A program made the position numbers and the translations under genes. The notes below the pieces were generated by a model. That model was given only the letters and a program-made list of their open reading frames with translations, was not told the origin of the DNA and did no database searches. From positions 58,516-122,515 of the forward strand of contig DYQY01000001.1 of the NCBI GenBank assembly GCA_020719045.1: a stretch of DNA of 64,000 nt. The letters run 5' to 3'. The DNA comes from Candidatus Termititenax sp. (GTDB lineage Bacteria > Margulisbacteria > Riflemargulisbacteria > GWF2-35-9 > DYQY01). This document shows, piece by piece, positions 39,601 to 46,535 of this stretch; the stretch's first letter is position 1, and every line of letters starts with the position of its first letter.

Positions 39601-41542
39601 TAATACTTAGATCTAGGGTTGCCTGATTGTACCATTTTGCTTCTGGAGTAACCCCCTCTGGTTTAGTTTCACACGCATCAAACGATATTTTAAAGTTTGT
39701 TGGCACAGGATCTTGCAAATCAACAAAAACTTGAGCAGTAACCGATGACATATTCCCTGCTTTATCTACAGCCATTAATAAAAATACATTATTAGTAATA
39801 TCAGCATCAGGAGTAACAACTACATCACTTACAATCTTTACCCAATCTGAAGTTGTAGCATTACTTGTGCCGACAAGATATCTATATTGAAAAGCCTTAT
39901 CTCTAAGTTGACCAGCATCTTCAGCATCACAACCCCATTTAACGTTTACATCGTTATACCAACCAATTTGCGGTAAAATATTTACTAGTACATTTTCTTT
40001 TCCGGTATAGTCTGGTACTAGTTGTAAACTTATGGTTGGCGCTATTGTATCAACTTTGATAGTTCCATATGATGTCTTAATATTCCCTGCTCGGTCTATT
40101 GCTCTAACCCATATACTACTTGCATTATTTCCCTTTGCATCAACTGTTACCCATGCCTGACTTGCAGACTGAGAAACCCCTAACATCACGTCGTCAGCCA
40201 CTAACGCTGACCAAGTACTCCAACCTTCACTCTTAAACTGATAAGCTAATATACCAGAACTATCAACTGGTTCAGCCCAGCTAAAACTCACTGTTTGATC
40301 GTTATACCATCCTTCCTCTGGTGCTATTTGGTCAGCTTCATTAATTAAGTCTGGCTGAACAGTAACAACAAATTCATTTGGTTCTGTAACATCAATTGTC
40401 ACTTTCACGCTCCTTGTCACAAAGTTATAGACATTATCAAAAACATGAACCACCAAATCTATATTTCCTTGAAGAGGAACATCATTATAGCTAAAAGTTA
40501 CTAAAAATGGTGCTGTTCTTGAAGTGAAAAATCCTGTTGAAGAATTAAATGGGTCAACCACCCAAATATTACTACTGATACCACTTTGCACTGTACCACT
40601 TGAGTCATTAGGGACTCCTTGTAAATTAAAACTAACTGTTATTCTGTTAAAGTAGCCTGCTAATGGCTTAATTATTGTTCCTTCACTATCAAACTCTGTT
40701 GCAGCAACATACTCAAGTGCCGCAAAAGCTACATTTGGATTAGTGTTATCTACCTCAATTAAAAAATATGACTTAGATGCTTCATCATCAAGAAGAGGTG
40801 CTCCATCAATATCTACAGATATCCACACTAAACTAGCTGCACTAGTAGGTATCGAAAAGTTAGTATAAATAAACTTGCCCCTATCACCTATACTTGCTAC
40901 TCCCTTTAAGTCACCAGAAACAAATAATTCTAAACTAAGTGGGATATGAGATGAAGGGAACACTTCTGGATCACCATAATAGTGAATTGTACCTGTTATG
41001 CTTAGCCCAGCATCAGGATAGCTACTATTATTAAGCCCTCCTTTAAATAAATGCCTATTACTTATTTTTGTACTATATTTTGAATTTGCATTAATTGTTA
41101 TTGTTTCTACTACATACTGGTCGTTAAAAACCACAGGTATTACCCATGGTAAGGGGTCTGCATCACCTACATCAACGGATATTGTATATTGAATGCCTCG
41201 CTGGAAGCTTCTATCGCTCCTTGGAACAAACCTAACGCGCCATAAATCTGTCGCATACTCCACGTTTGTTGTCAAAAACTGATTGCTTCCTTTAACGAAG
41301 CCCCACTTACCAGAAGCATTTGCTGTAATAACAACAACCTCAACACCATTATTATCTCTTATATCTACTGTAATATTATCGTCATAAGCATCTGTAACGT
41401 TTACCGAAATATACATATCTTGATATGCATGTATGTATTGGCTATCTGCTTTATCATGCGCCCAAAGCTTTAAATCATTTGACTGCAATGCGAAAGACAT
41501 TGCACTAAAAATAAAAAGAACAAACAAAATTAATTTTTTCAT
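33689..41542 (-). CDS. 2617-aa secreted Ig-like repeat surface protein with FN3-like module and C-terminal FlgD-Ig/T9SS-CTD-like domain
   Basis: Signal peptide (MSFA), many D(R/K)AGN Ig-type motifs, C-terminal NYPNPF..ITIYDSLGHFVR..WDGRNESG..GGYF. Confidence 0.85.
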   Translation of the reverse strand: MKKLILFVLFIFSAMSFALQSNDLKLWAHDKADSQYIHAYQDMYISVNVTDAYDDNITVDIRDNNGVEVVVITANASGKWGFVKGSNQFLTTNVEYATDLWRVRFVPRSDRSFQRGIQYTISVDVGDADPLPWVIPVVFNDQYVVETITINANSKYSTKISNRHLFKGGLNNSSYPDAGLSITGTIHYYGDPEVFPSSHIPLSLELFVSGDLKGVASIGDRGKFIYTNFSIPTSAASLVWISVDIDGAPLLDDEASKSYFLIEVDNTNPNVAFAALEYVAATEFDSEGTIIKPLAGYFNRITVSFNLQGVPNDSSGTVQSGISSNIWVVDPFNSSTGFFTSRTAPFLVTFSYNDVPLQGNIDLVVHVFDNVYNFVTRSVKVTIDVTEPNEFVVTVQPDLINEADQIAPEEGWYNDQTVSFSWAEPVDSSGILAYQFKSEGWSTWSALVADDVMLGVSQSASQAWVTVDAKGNNASSIWVRAIDRAGNIKTSYGTIKVDTIAPTISLQLVPDYTGKENVLVNILPQIGWYNDVNVKWGCDAEDAGQLRDKAFQYRYLVGTSNATTSDWVKIVSDVVVTPDADITNNVFLLMAVDKAGNMSSVTAQVFVDLQDPVPTNFKISFDACETKPEGVTPEAKWYNQATLDLSITWDSVVENGLLHRVMLYIGQSVVPTIQSVLEQNISFNNVSLIANDATPINFKALLVDKAGNFTEINDSVYSDIVAPNDFQVDLSYDSDSNNDGLDPELGYYDNPEITFMIMFSQADPTARNRPFQFKVNDNPWGEPTSNLYITNLPVSSNTVNVIQTRYIDRAGNILTKSMLVTVDSVPPLGSFTLRLITCNYVAGLQVTPDAGWYNRNIVSFSFYVAPGLTVADTFDVRTDGYFLKGEADTYFTNGTINSQNATLFIANAGALQRSIVGAISDRAGNIILSNTNVYVDTDAPAINFEARILADSDSGEDGIWPQSGWHATPTINLNWDQTNDGAGSLHNNPYRVRSDGVDVWSSFQYELSYSGIYVSPNNFATQNVYIQVRDRAGNLATKSVPLKVDVETPVASLFVSPQIELEGTIYSVFNQEYSKTFPLSGWLNTENVVLTWTAVDAGGFPSKSVRVKASTGQTEYSATLDMVLVATQVLVSANNHSTIDCYVKVWDNAGNSTVATRGIKVDIVRPVVDIIMRSQSGNDVMPFINSQDILYITLDVSEEIVVTPFVRYTISGGASELVTINCTGGLGRSWEYSVTMNGVLNDGVHHFSVLLVDDAGNIATTFNGYSNFFKLGAEQVPFPQSFNVQDIETGRNDLTNADVVSISFIVGTSINQYLILEGEDASSVNYAIAAGRTWQSLATESYVVVNGARKYLILYIFPKGDVYSINGLRTLHLWVINDKGINTMEAVTCSIVLDQSEPKVMIRPDDTKVQYEGLKLSKILYRAQMEITHNTTFSGEDINYYERAAVTPSWRLVIYPANDFITPITVSILVPFLISSDRWDATNENSSAYKAYWMATYNLFNLLGEEKSTYNAIFEVIVTDEAKNITTSVALGGSFVIDSTIPATPRFEVYSNRGNGNYTNSLTINYVLSRNIISDDYRKYYIFDNYYGNPRWDQYNIWPDVAGEYVASFSAQHILTDTSQGRKEIIAWVADAQTRCDEPARWFITYDSQSPTYETVIQPTNIDLVNPIVVTMFFNEQIDLSTTHNCWLVSENGSIVGSLDMTYLGTMGNDYLYRVTVDRSIIDTREQAIGKNISINVMDLAGNQLIGRSPFARPLRVLSYGDYFARGRSEHVSAYSFNNLEVGKQKIPVIYAELKASSRDVHVSGVNLQLDNMHVTKIEKFHIYYDQDKDGLFSESTDLLMASKPYQGVGDTMNISFTEKIVDTQTTTTVFLVVDVYSGADIKNEYIGFGFATVDAFNVLYYESVIPPANQPLDGIVASFNISKTRLNISYIPKEQDESLIVTREIHSGVSFVAKKFALRSWLAETAGSGGVAAEGALWTGLTLKFNYSIDINPTKITRVAIYKDNGNQLYDVDDLLVSSGTDKFLNISQTTINVVFPYPVNVGSTDPEFYVVVETDKTLGAGKKFSFEIVSADSFQFRSGDKMVNTGEFPVRTITFDSDYYVSKVSIETFKNPESYVYQDQSINLLKFKLSLDYKGSAEYPKLYYLDLYRDQGTLRLNSNANSDVEVKLYRYSGSQANDDYAYTEEVSVTQIDRAPSGERIRITLADSSNPQTNPRILATENYFALVIRPYIGSNVGKEASYKIKFVNTETASGNISFQIPGEKAYATILNEIEVTTNKIQVVSYYQPTRPIISGDAYINSHRNISFRYSTSVNVQNNGVDTILVKIGSTSGGSDIYSGYVSVNNVTNSKDIQLATVSITITDSLKFLADNTTYNISAKVKSTLTGTEYWSITGDFAFHTDVTPPWVGNDNRLHVIAKWDENRHDLIWSPFIEAESVIDYYIVEMLAGQSLVWQKVATKNANDREWSNVSVLYDTPYAYRVKAVNGAKASSEYLDSGDRIMTTNTSEVIFNVSNYPNPFYSAFQTTKIVFSLNQNIDASITIYDSLGHFVRRFDSTAITKEGATSGSGFFCSVDWDGRNESGQFVSKGGYFAVIEAAPFASSGKPTKIVRMIGVVH
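38060..40393 (-). repeat. Seven tandem Ig-like repeats of about 110 aa
   Basis: Recurring DxxxP..P(E/Q)xGW(Y/H)N..W..D(R/K)AGN units, starting DVTEP, DTIAP, DLQDP, DIVAP, DSVPP, DTDAP, DVETP. Confidence 0.75.
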
Positions 41543-41555
41543 TCTTCCCCCATAC

Positions 41556-42254
41556 TTAACTTATTACATTATTCACAAAAACTTCTTGCAACATTATATT
41601 TATTTCAATTCTACGATTCTTAGCTCTATTCTCTTCCGTATCATTAGGCATCATAGGACGATACTCTCCATATCCTACTGCCTGTATTCTCATGGGCGAT
41701 ATATCAACCTTCTCCACAAAAAACTTTATAACAGAATATGCTCTATCAAAAGAGAGGTCCCAATTAGAGTCGTACTTCTCTGTTTTAATAGGTATATTAT
41801 CAGTATGCCCTTCTATCACAATTTTATTATCGGTTTTTTTTAATATTTCTCCAATGTCTTTTAAAATCTCAAGTGCCTCTTCTTTTAACTCTGCTTTCCC
41901 TGTTTCATAAAGAATCGGGGAGGCTAATACAACTCTAATTTTACTCTCTTCCACCATTACATTTAAAAAATCACTCAATTTTTGTTCTTGAATGTATTGC
42001 TTAACTTTATCAACAACATTAATTCGCTCTTCATCTGGATTCTTCTCAGCTATCTTTGGCTGTAAATACTGTCCCTGCAACGAAACCCTAATTGACTCAA
42101 ACACCTGCTGTTGCTCACTCTCAGAAACATTGTTCATGATAAATGTGTACAACAACAAAAACAAAATCATTAAAAAGGAATTTAAGTCTGCCCATATAGT
42201 AAAGAAACTACCACCTTCACCGCCTCCTGATTTTTTTCTCTTTATTTTGAGCAT
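41556..42254 (-). CDS. motB: MotB-like stator subunit (TM with conserved Asp plus OmpA-like peptidoglycan-binding domain)
   Basis: FFTIWADLNSFLMILF; IEGHTD, NWDLSFDRA and NRRIEI. Confidence 0.9.
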   Translation of the reverse strand: MLKIKRKKSGGGEGGSFFTIWADLNSFLMILFLLLYTFIMNNVSESEQQQVFESIRVSLQGQYLQPKIAEKNPDEERINVVDKVKQYIQEQKLSDFLNVMVEESKIRVVLASPILYETGKAELKEEALEILKDIGEILKKTDNKIVIEGHTDNIPIKTEKYDSNWDLSFDRAYSVIKFFVEKVDISPMRIQAVGYGEYRPMMPNDTEENRAKNRRIEINIMLQEVFVNNVIS

Positions 42255-42259
42255 TCTGT

Positions 42260-43045
42260 TTACTCTTTTCCACTCTCTTGTTTTTTCTCTTTCTTTGCGT
42301 TATTTGATAAAAATCCTTTCAAGTAGGTCTCAACCTTAATTGGTATTTCACCTTTTGCAATCATTATTATTCCTTCAATCATTATTGTTTTACCCATTAA
42401 CTCCACATCGTTTCTCTTTTCTAACTTCTTTGCCATTGGAGACATCATAAATCCAGAAATAAAGACACCATAAAGAGTAGTTAATAGTGCTAATGCCATG
42501 GATGGACCCACCGTCTTAGGATCTGTCATGTTCTGTAGCACCTGGAGTATCCCAACAATGGTTCCAAACATACCAGTCAAAGGAGCAATTGTTCCCATAA
42601 AATTCATGCCTTCAGTATTTTTTGTATGTCTTGCATCTGTTTCCTGAAGTTCATTTTCTAAAACAACCCTTATAAAATCGGGGTGTAATTTGTTTACTAT
42701 CATTAGAAGACCATTATTTAAAAATCCATCACCAAAACCTTTGCCGGCATCTTCTAGTGCTAATCTACCTTCTTTCTGAGATAAAATTGATAGCTCAACA
42801 AGCTTATCAACTATTTCCGAGTTCGAAGGAAATTTATGTTTACCTAATAGTGCTCTAAAAGATGATAGAACACCTTTTAACTCAGATGCTGATGATGACA
42901 CAATAAATAATGTTATTGTTCCACCTATTACCATTATTGCTGACTCTAACTGCATATAAGTTGCAGGATGTACAAATATATCTGGCACAGAAAGCACCAA
43001 AACCAAAAACGTTCCTATCATACCAATAAAAAAGAAAATATCCAT
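42260..43045 (-). CDS. motA: MotA-like stator subunit
   Basis: IGGTI, KEGRLALE, APLTGMFGTIVG..NMTDP..VGPSMALALLTTLYG and GEIPIKV. Confidence 0.9.
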   Translation of the reverse strand: MDIFFFIGMIGTFLVLVLSVPDIFVHPATYMQLESAIMVIGGTITLFIVSSSASELKGVLSSFRALLGKHKFPSNSEIVDKLVELSILSQKEGRLALEDAGKGFGDGFLNNGLLMIVNKLHPDFIRVVLENELQETDARHTKNTEGMNFMGTIAPLTGMFGTIVGILQVLQNMTDPKTVGPSMALALLTTLYGVFISGFMMSPMAKKLEKRNDVELMGKTIMIEGIIMIAKGEIPIKVETYLKGFLSNNAKKEKKQESGKE

Positions 43046-43067
43046 GTTGTCCCCCCTAGACTACAAA

Positions 43068-43832
43068 TTACTTTTTAGCTTTTGCTACATCATCTCCTAG
43101 TATTGGCTCTATGAAACCATCTACTTCTAGGTTCTTTGAGTACTCAATAATGTACTGCTGTGATTTCTTGATTTCAGTCTTTGAATATTTATTTTTCCCG
43201 AATTCAATACCTTGTTGAACCATATTCTTTATACCTTTTGGCATAACCCCATACAATTTTTCTATCTTATCTTCTGGCATTTGGCAAAAAGCTATCGATA
43301 AAACATCTGAAGGTATATCTGAAAAAATCCTTGCAAAGTCTTTATCTGATACATTAAATAAATCTTCAAAAAACAACATAATTTTTCTAAATGAAGAAGC
43401 TGTTTCTGGATATCGAGAGGCTACTGTATCATTTAACAATGTCTTTTGATCAATATCTAAAAACTCAACTATTTTAGCAAGAACGTATCTTCCACCAAAC
43501 TGCTCTGTTAATAGTTTTCTCAATATTTTATCAAATTGCTCTATTTCTTTCTTTGTAAACTGAATAAGCGAAAGCATCTCGGCTATTATCTGAGCTCTCA
43601 TTTCATCATCAAACTCTTCCATAATTCTCTGTGCAACATCTGGCTCAACAGAAGATATAACTAAATATAAATATTTCATATTCTCTTCTTTTGATTTAAT
43701 AATCTTTTTTAAAACGTGTGCTGTATGATAGGCATTCTCTTTGTTTATATATGCAAAGTGTTCTTTCTTGACTTGGTCAATATTAACAGTTTCATTTCCA
43801 ACTAAATTTATTATATCTTGTTTATCTACCAT
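43068..43832 (-). CDS. FliG-like protein (middle and C-terminal domains only)
   Basis: FGGRYVLAKI..YPETASSFRKIMLFFEDL (MFxF-like)..QQYII; start placed at ATG 43832, 1 nt after the upstream stop. Confidence 0.75.
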   Translation of the reverse strand: MVDKQDIINLVGNETVNIDQVKKEHFAYINKENAYHTAHVLKKIIKSKEENMKYLYLVISSVEPDVAQRIMEEFDDEMRAQIIAEMLSLIQFTKKEIEQFDKILRKLLTEQFGGRYVLAKIVEFLDIDQKTLLNDTVASRYPETASSFRKIMLFFEDLFNVSDKDFARIFSDIPSDVLSIAFCQMPEDKIEKLYGVMPKGIKNMVQQGIEFGKNKYSKTEIKKSQQYIIEYSKNLEVDGFIEPILGDDVAKAKK

Positions 43833-43833
43833 T

Positions 43834-45441
43834 TTATAATTCAATAAACCCTTCTCGCTCTAAGTGCTGAGCGTAACTCAATACCTTCTGCCTTGCTTCC
43901 TCAACATCAAACTTAGATGCTGTGTTAGACTTTAGCGCTAACCATTGATCAACCATTGCTTGAATGCCTCTTGCCAATGTGTTGATAACTTTTCTTTGTC
44001 TCTCTGGATCAACATGTACTAATGACGTTGCAATTACCTCGGTATCCATATCGCTAAATACCCTCGCAATAACATTTGTATCAAGTTTTAATAAATCATC
44101 AAATAAGAAAATTAGAGCATTAACTTCATCTGCAATACCTGGATATTTAGATGAAATAATGTCCAATATCTTTTTCTTATCTTCTCCCGGTATTCTTTCA
44201 ATAATTAACTTGAGCCTATTTCTTCCCCCGAATAAATATTCTATATTTTCTTTTATCTCGTTTTCCAACACTTGCATCTCACTATCAGGATAATGCTGTA
44301 ATGACATAATATTATTTACAATTTCTGCCTGTATTTTAGCTGGATACTCAACCAAAATAGAAGACGCTATCTTAAATGGCAAGCAAGACATTACAACAGC
44401 TATTGTCCTTGGAGAGGCTTGCTGAAGCGCTATCTTAACTTGTAATAAAAATTTTAACTTAAATACATTTTCCTCATCAATAAAATTAAAATATCTTTCA
44501 CCATTACCTAAAATACCTTTCTGCATTTCAAGTAACTTTTCTTCTTCTTCTTGTTTTTTAGCTTCTTCTTCTTTTTTCTTTTTCTGCTCTGCATCTCTTT
44601 TCTGTTTTTCAGCTGCGCTCATTGGCACTCCTGCCTCACCAGCATCTGAACCTTTGCCCTCACCTGCTCCAGCACCCTCACCAGCGCCAGCTCCAGAACC
44701 TGAACCACTTCCTGCTCCAGCAGCACCTTTTCCGGATCCTGCTGATTCTTTTTCTGCACCTGCTCCATCTTCACCTGCTCCAGACTTATCTTTCTTGCCT
44801 CTATTTGGTAGTATTTTTAGTAACACAATGCCAATAATTAATAACAACAATACAATAACTGATATAACGATTATTGGAGTCCAGTCGTTTTTCTTTTTAG
44901 AAGTTACGCTTGATGCTGATTTATCAGACTTCTGCATTGTGGAAAAATTTTCTCTTAATATTGTGAATTTATCGCCTGCATTTTCATCTAACTCTAAAAA
45001 CTTTGTAACAAAAGTTTTTGCCGCTCTCAAGTCACCCATTTTAATTTTATTATCTAAAATTAGTACAACATCTTTATTATTAACAATAGGTGGTCTCTGA
45101 ACTATTTCATAGTTAAGTGGAACGCCTTCTCCGCCACCACCCTGGGTAAGAAACTTGAGTGATGGAATACCTGGAACAACTGTCTGTTGTGAGCCACCAG
45201 ATCCCCTTGAGTCCATTCCATCAATTTGAGGTAAAGATGTATACCTTATCTCGAACTTTTCTGATTCGCCTAATAGTGAAATATAAACAATAGAGTTATC
45301 TGGACCAAGGATCCTATCTAACGCTGATTGAACTGTATCTTCTAAGTGCTTTTGGTTATCCAATAATGATTGTGCACTAACTGGCACATAAAAAAATAAG
45401 ACGAATAACCCCAAAAGCAATATTTGTTTTGCTTTTACCAC
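43834..45441 (-). CDS. Fusion protein: signal peptide, FliF/RBM3-like periplasmic domain, TM, Gly/Ala linker, FliG(M+C)
   Basis: LEDTVQSALDRILG..VVPG..VVLILD..GDKFTI resembles FliF C-terminal ring domain; SPRTIAVVMSCL..GG..IFLFDDL..DVEEARQK resembles FliG. Confidence 0.7.
   Translation of the reverse strand: MVKAKQILLLGLFVLFFYVPVSAQSLLDNQKHLEDTVQSALDRILGPDNSIVYISLLGESEKFEIRYTSLPQIDGMDSRGSGGSQQTVVPGIPSLKFLTQGGGGEGVPLNYEIVQRPPIVNNKDVVLILDNKIKMGDLRAAKTFVTKFLELDENAGDKFTILRENFSTMQKSDKSASSVTSKKKNDWTPIIVISVIVLLLLIIGIVLLKILPNRGKKDKSGAGEDGAGAEKESAGSGKGAAGAGSGSGSGAGAGEGAGAGEGKGSDAGEAGVPMSAAEKQKRDAEQKKKKEEEAKKQEEEEKLLEMQKGILGNGERYFNFIDEENVFKLKFLLQVKIALQQASPRTIAVVMSCLPFKIASSILVEYPAKIQAEIVNNIMSLQHYPDSEMQVLENEIKENIEYLFGGRNRLKLIIERIPGEDKKKILDIISSKYPGIADEVNALIFLFDDLLKLDTNVIARVFSDMDTEVIATSLVHVDPERQRKVINTLARGIQAMVDQWLALKSNTASKFDVEEARQKVLSYAQHLEREGFIEL
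44620..44780 (-). repeat. Gly/Ala/Glu low-complexity linker (GAGEG-type repeats)
   Basis: GAGEDGAG..GAGSGSGSGAGAGEGAGAGEGKGSDAGEAG. Confidence 0.8.
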
Positions 45442-45524
45442 TTTAACCCTCTGTCTCTATGCTCTTAATTATTACTGAGTATAACATGCAAATCTGTCAT
45501 AAAACAATAAAATGAGCATTAAAA

Positions 45525-45567
45525 TATGTAAGCAAAAAAGCAGATAATCTGCCCTCTTGCTTACATA
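45525..45567 (-). terminator. Hairpin downstream of ssb (probable terminator)
   Basis: tatgtaagcaa/ttgcttacata outer stem, gcagat/atctgc inner stem, tttt following on the minus strand. Confidence 0.6.
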
Positions 45568-45579
45568 TTAGCATATATA

Positions 45580-45921
45580 TTAATCGCCAACAGTAGCTAG
45601 CGATTGTTTTACTGAAAGAAACTTCAAGTTTTCAGCAATGACCTCTGTAATCCAGCGTCTTTGCTTATCTACCTCGTAAGAACGCACTTGAATTCTTCCA
45701 TCTACCAGAACCTTCTTACCCTTTTTTAAATATTCACCACCTATTTCAGCTAACTTTCCCCACGTTACAACATTAAAGAAATCAACCTCAGCCTCCTTTT
45801 CCTTTCCTGCAAACCGCTCTACTGCAAGAGTAAAGTCTGTTTTACTTCTTTTTCCTACCTTTTTTGTCTCAGGATCTTTTACTAAATTTCCAACCAATGT
45901 TACATGATTATAAGCACTCAT
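45580..45921 (-). CDS. ssb: Single-stranded DNA-binding protein (short)
   Basis: NHVTLVGNLVKDPE, DFFNVVTWGKLAE and DGRIQVRSY; start reassigned to ATG 45921 after SD aggag. Confidence 0.93.
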   Translation of the reverse strand: MSAYNHVTLVGNLVKDPETKKVGKRSKTDFTLAVERFAGKEKEAEVDFFNVVTWGKLAEIGGEYLKKGKKVLVDGRIQVRSYEVDKQRRWITEVIAENLKFLSVKQSLATVGD

Positions 45922-45963
45922 CTGATTCTCCTTTCGTATTTTTATATCTTGCCGGCTATACAT

Positions 45964-45992
45964 ATAGTACTTCATGCGTTTATTTTCGTCAA
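45964..45992 (-). promoter_or_regulatory. Sigma70-like promoter of ssb
   Basis: TTGACG-17-TACTAT. Confidence 0.65.
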
Positions 45993-46036
45993 CTTTATTT
46001 TAAATATATTTGAGTACGTAATTTATAGGGCAATAA

Positions 46037-46061
46037 AATACCCCTCTTGTGGAGGGGTATT
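46037..46061 (-). terminator. Intrinsic terminator of hup
   Basis: aatacccctc/gaggggtatt stem followed by T-rich tail on the minus strand. Confidence 0.8.
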
Positions 46062-46076
46062 CATTAGGTTCAATTA

Positions 46077-46349
46077 TTAGTTAACTGATTCCTTTAACTG
46101 TTTACCTGCACTGAAAGAAACTGTGTTCTTCGCAGGGATTTTTATTGTTTGGCCTGTTTGTGGATTTCTTCCTGATCTGGCTGCTCTTTGTTTTTTCTTC
46201 CAAGTACCAAATCCTACTAAAGATACATCACTTCCGCTCTTTAATGCACCTTGTACATTATCAAGTATGGAGTCCAGTGCCTTTGAAATATCTGATTTTT
46301 TCAAACCAGTATCTGAAGATACTGCATCAATTAATTGCCCTTTGTTCAT
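46077..46349 (-). CDS. hup: Histone-like DNA-binding protein HU
   Basis: MNKGQLI, LVGFGTW and GRNPQTG; SD aggaggtg. Confidence 0.96.
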   Translation of the reverse strand: MNKGQLIDAVSSDTGLKKSDISKALDSILDNVQGALKSGSDVSLVGFGTWKKKQRAARSGRNPQTGQTIKIPAKNTVSFSAGKQLKESVN

Positions 46350-46384
46350 AATGTTCACCTCCTTATTTTTCAAACTATAATTGG

Positions 46385-46413
46385 ACTATACTCAATATAA
46401 ATTCAAAAGTCAA
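46385..46413 (-). promoter_or_regulatory. Sigma70-like promoter of hup
   Basis: TTGACT-17-TATAGT. Confidence 0.7.
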
Positions 46414-46471
46414 GAAAACGACCCCGACTTTTCTTTAAAATGTCAAAAATCAAGCTATCTTTGGATTTTCC

Positions 46472-46500
46472 TTGCATTTTAGAGGGTGTTTTTGTAATAT
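46472..46500 (+). promoter_or_regulatory. Sigma70-like promoter of clpC
   Basis: TTGCAT-17-TAATAT. Confidence 0.55.
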
Positions 46501-46535
46501 TAAAAAAATTGATTTAAAGGTGGGATATCTTAACT

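Noticed and set aside
33689-41542. Reading the giant protein as flagellar hook-capping FlgD
   Set aside because: Only the C-terminal Ig module is FlgD-like, and the protein has a Sec signal peptide, which T3SS substrates lack
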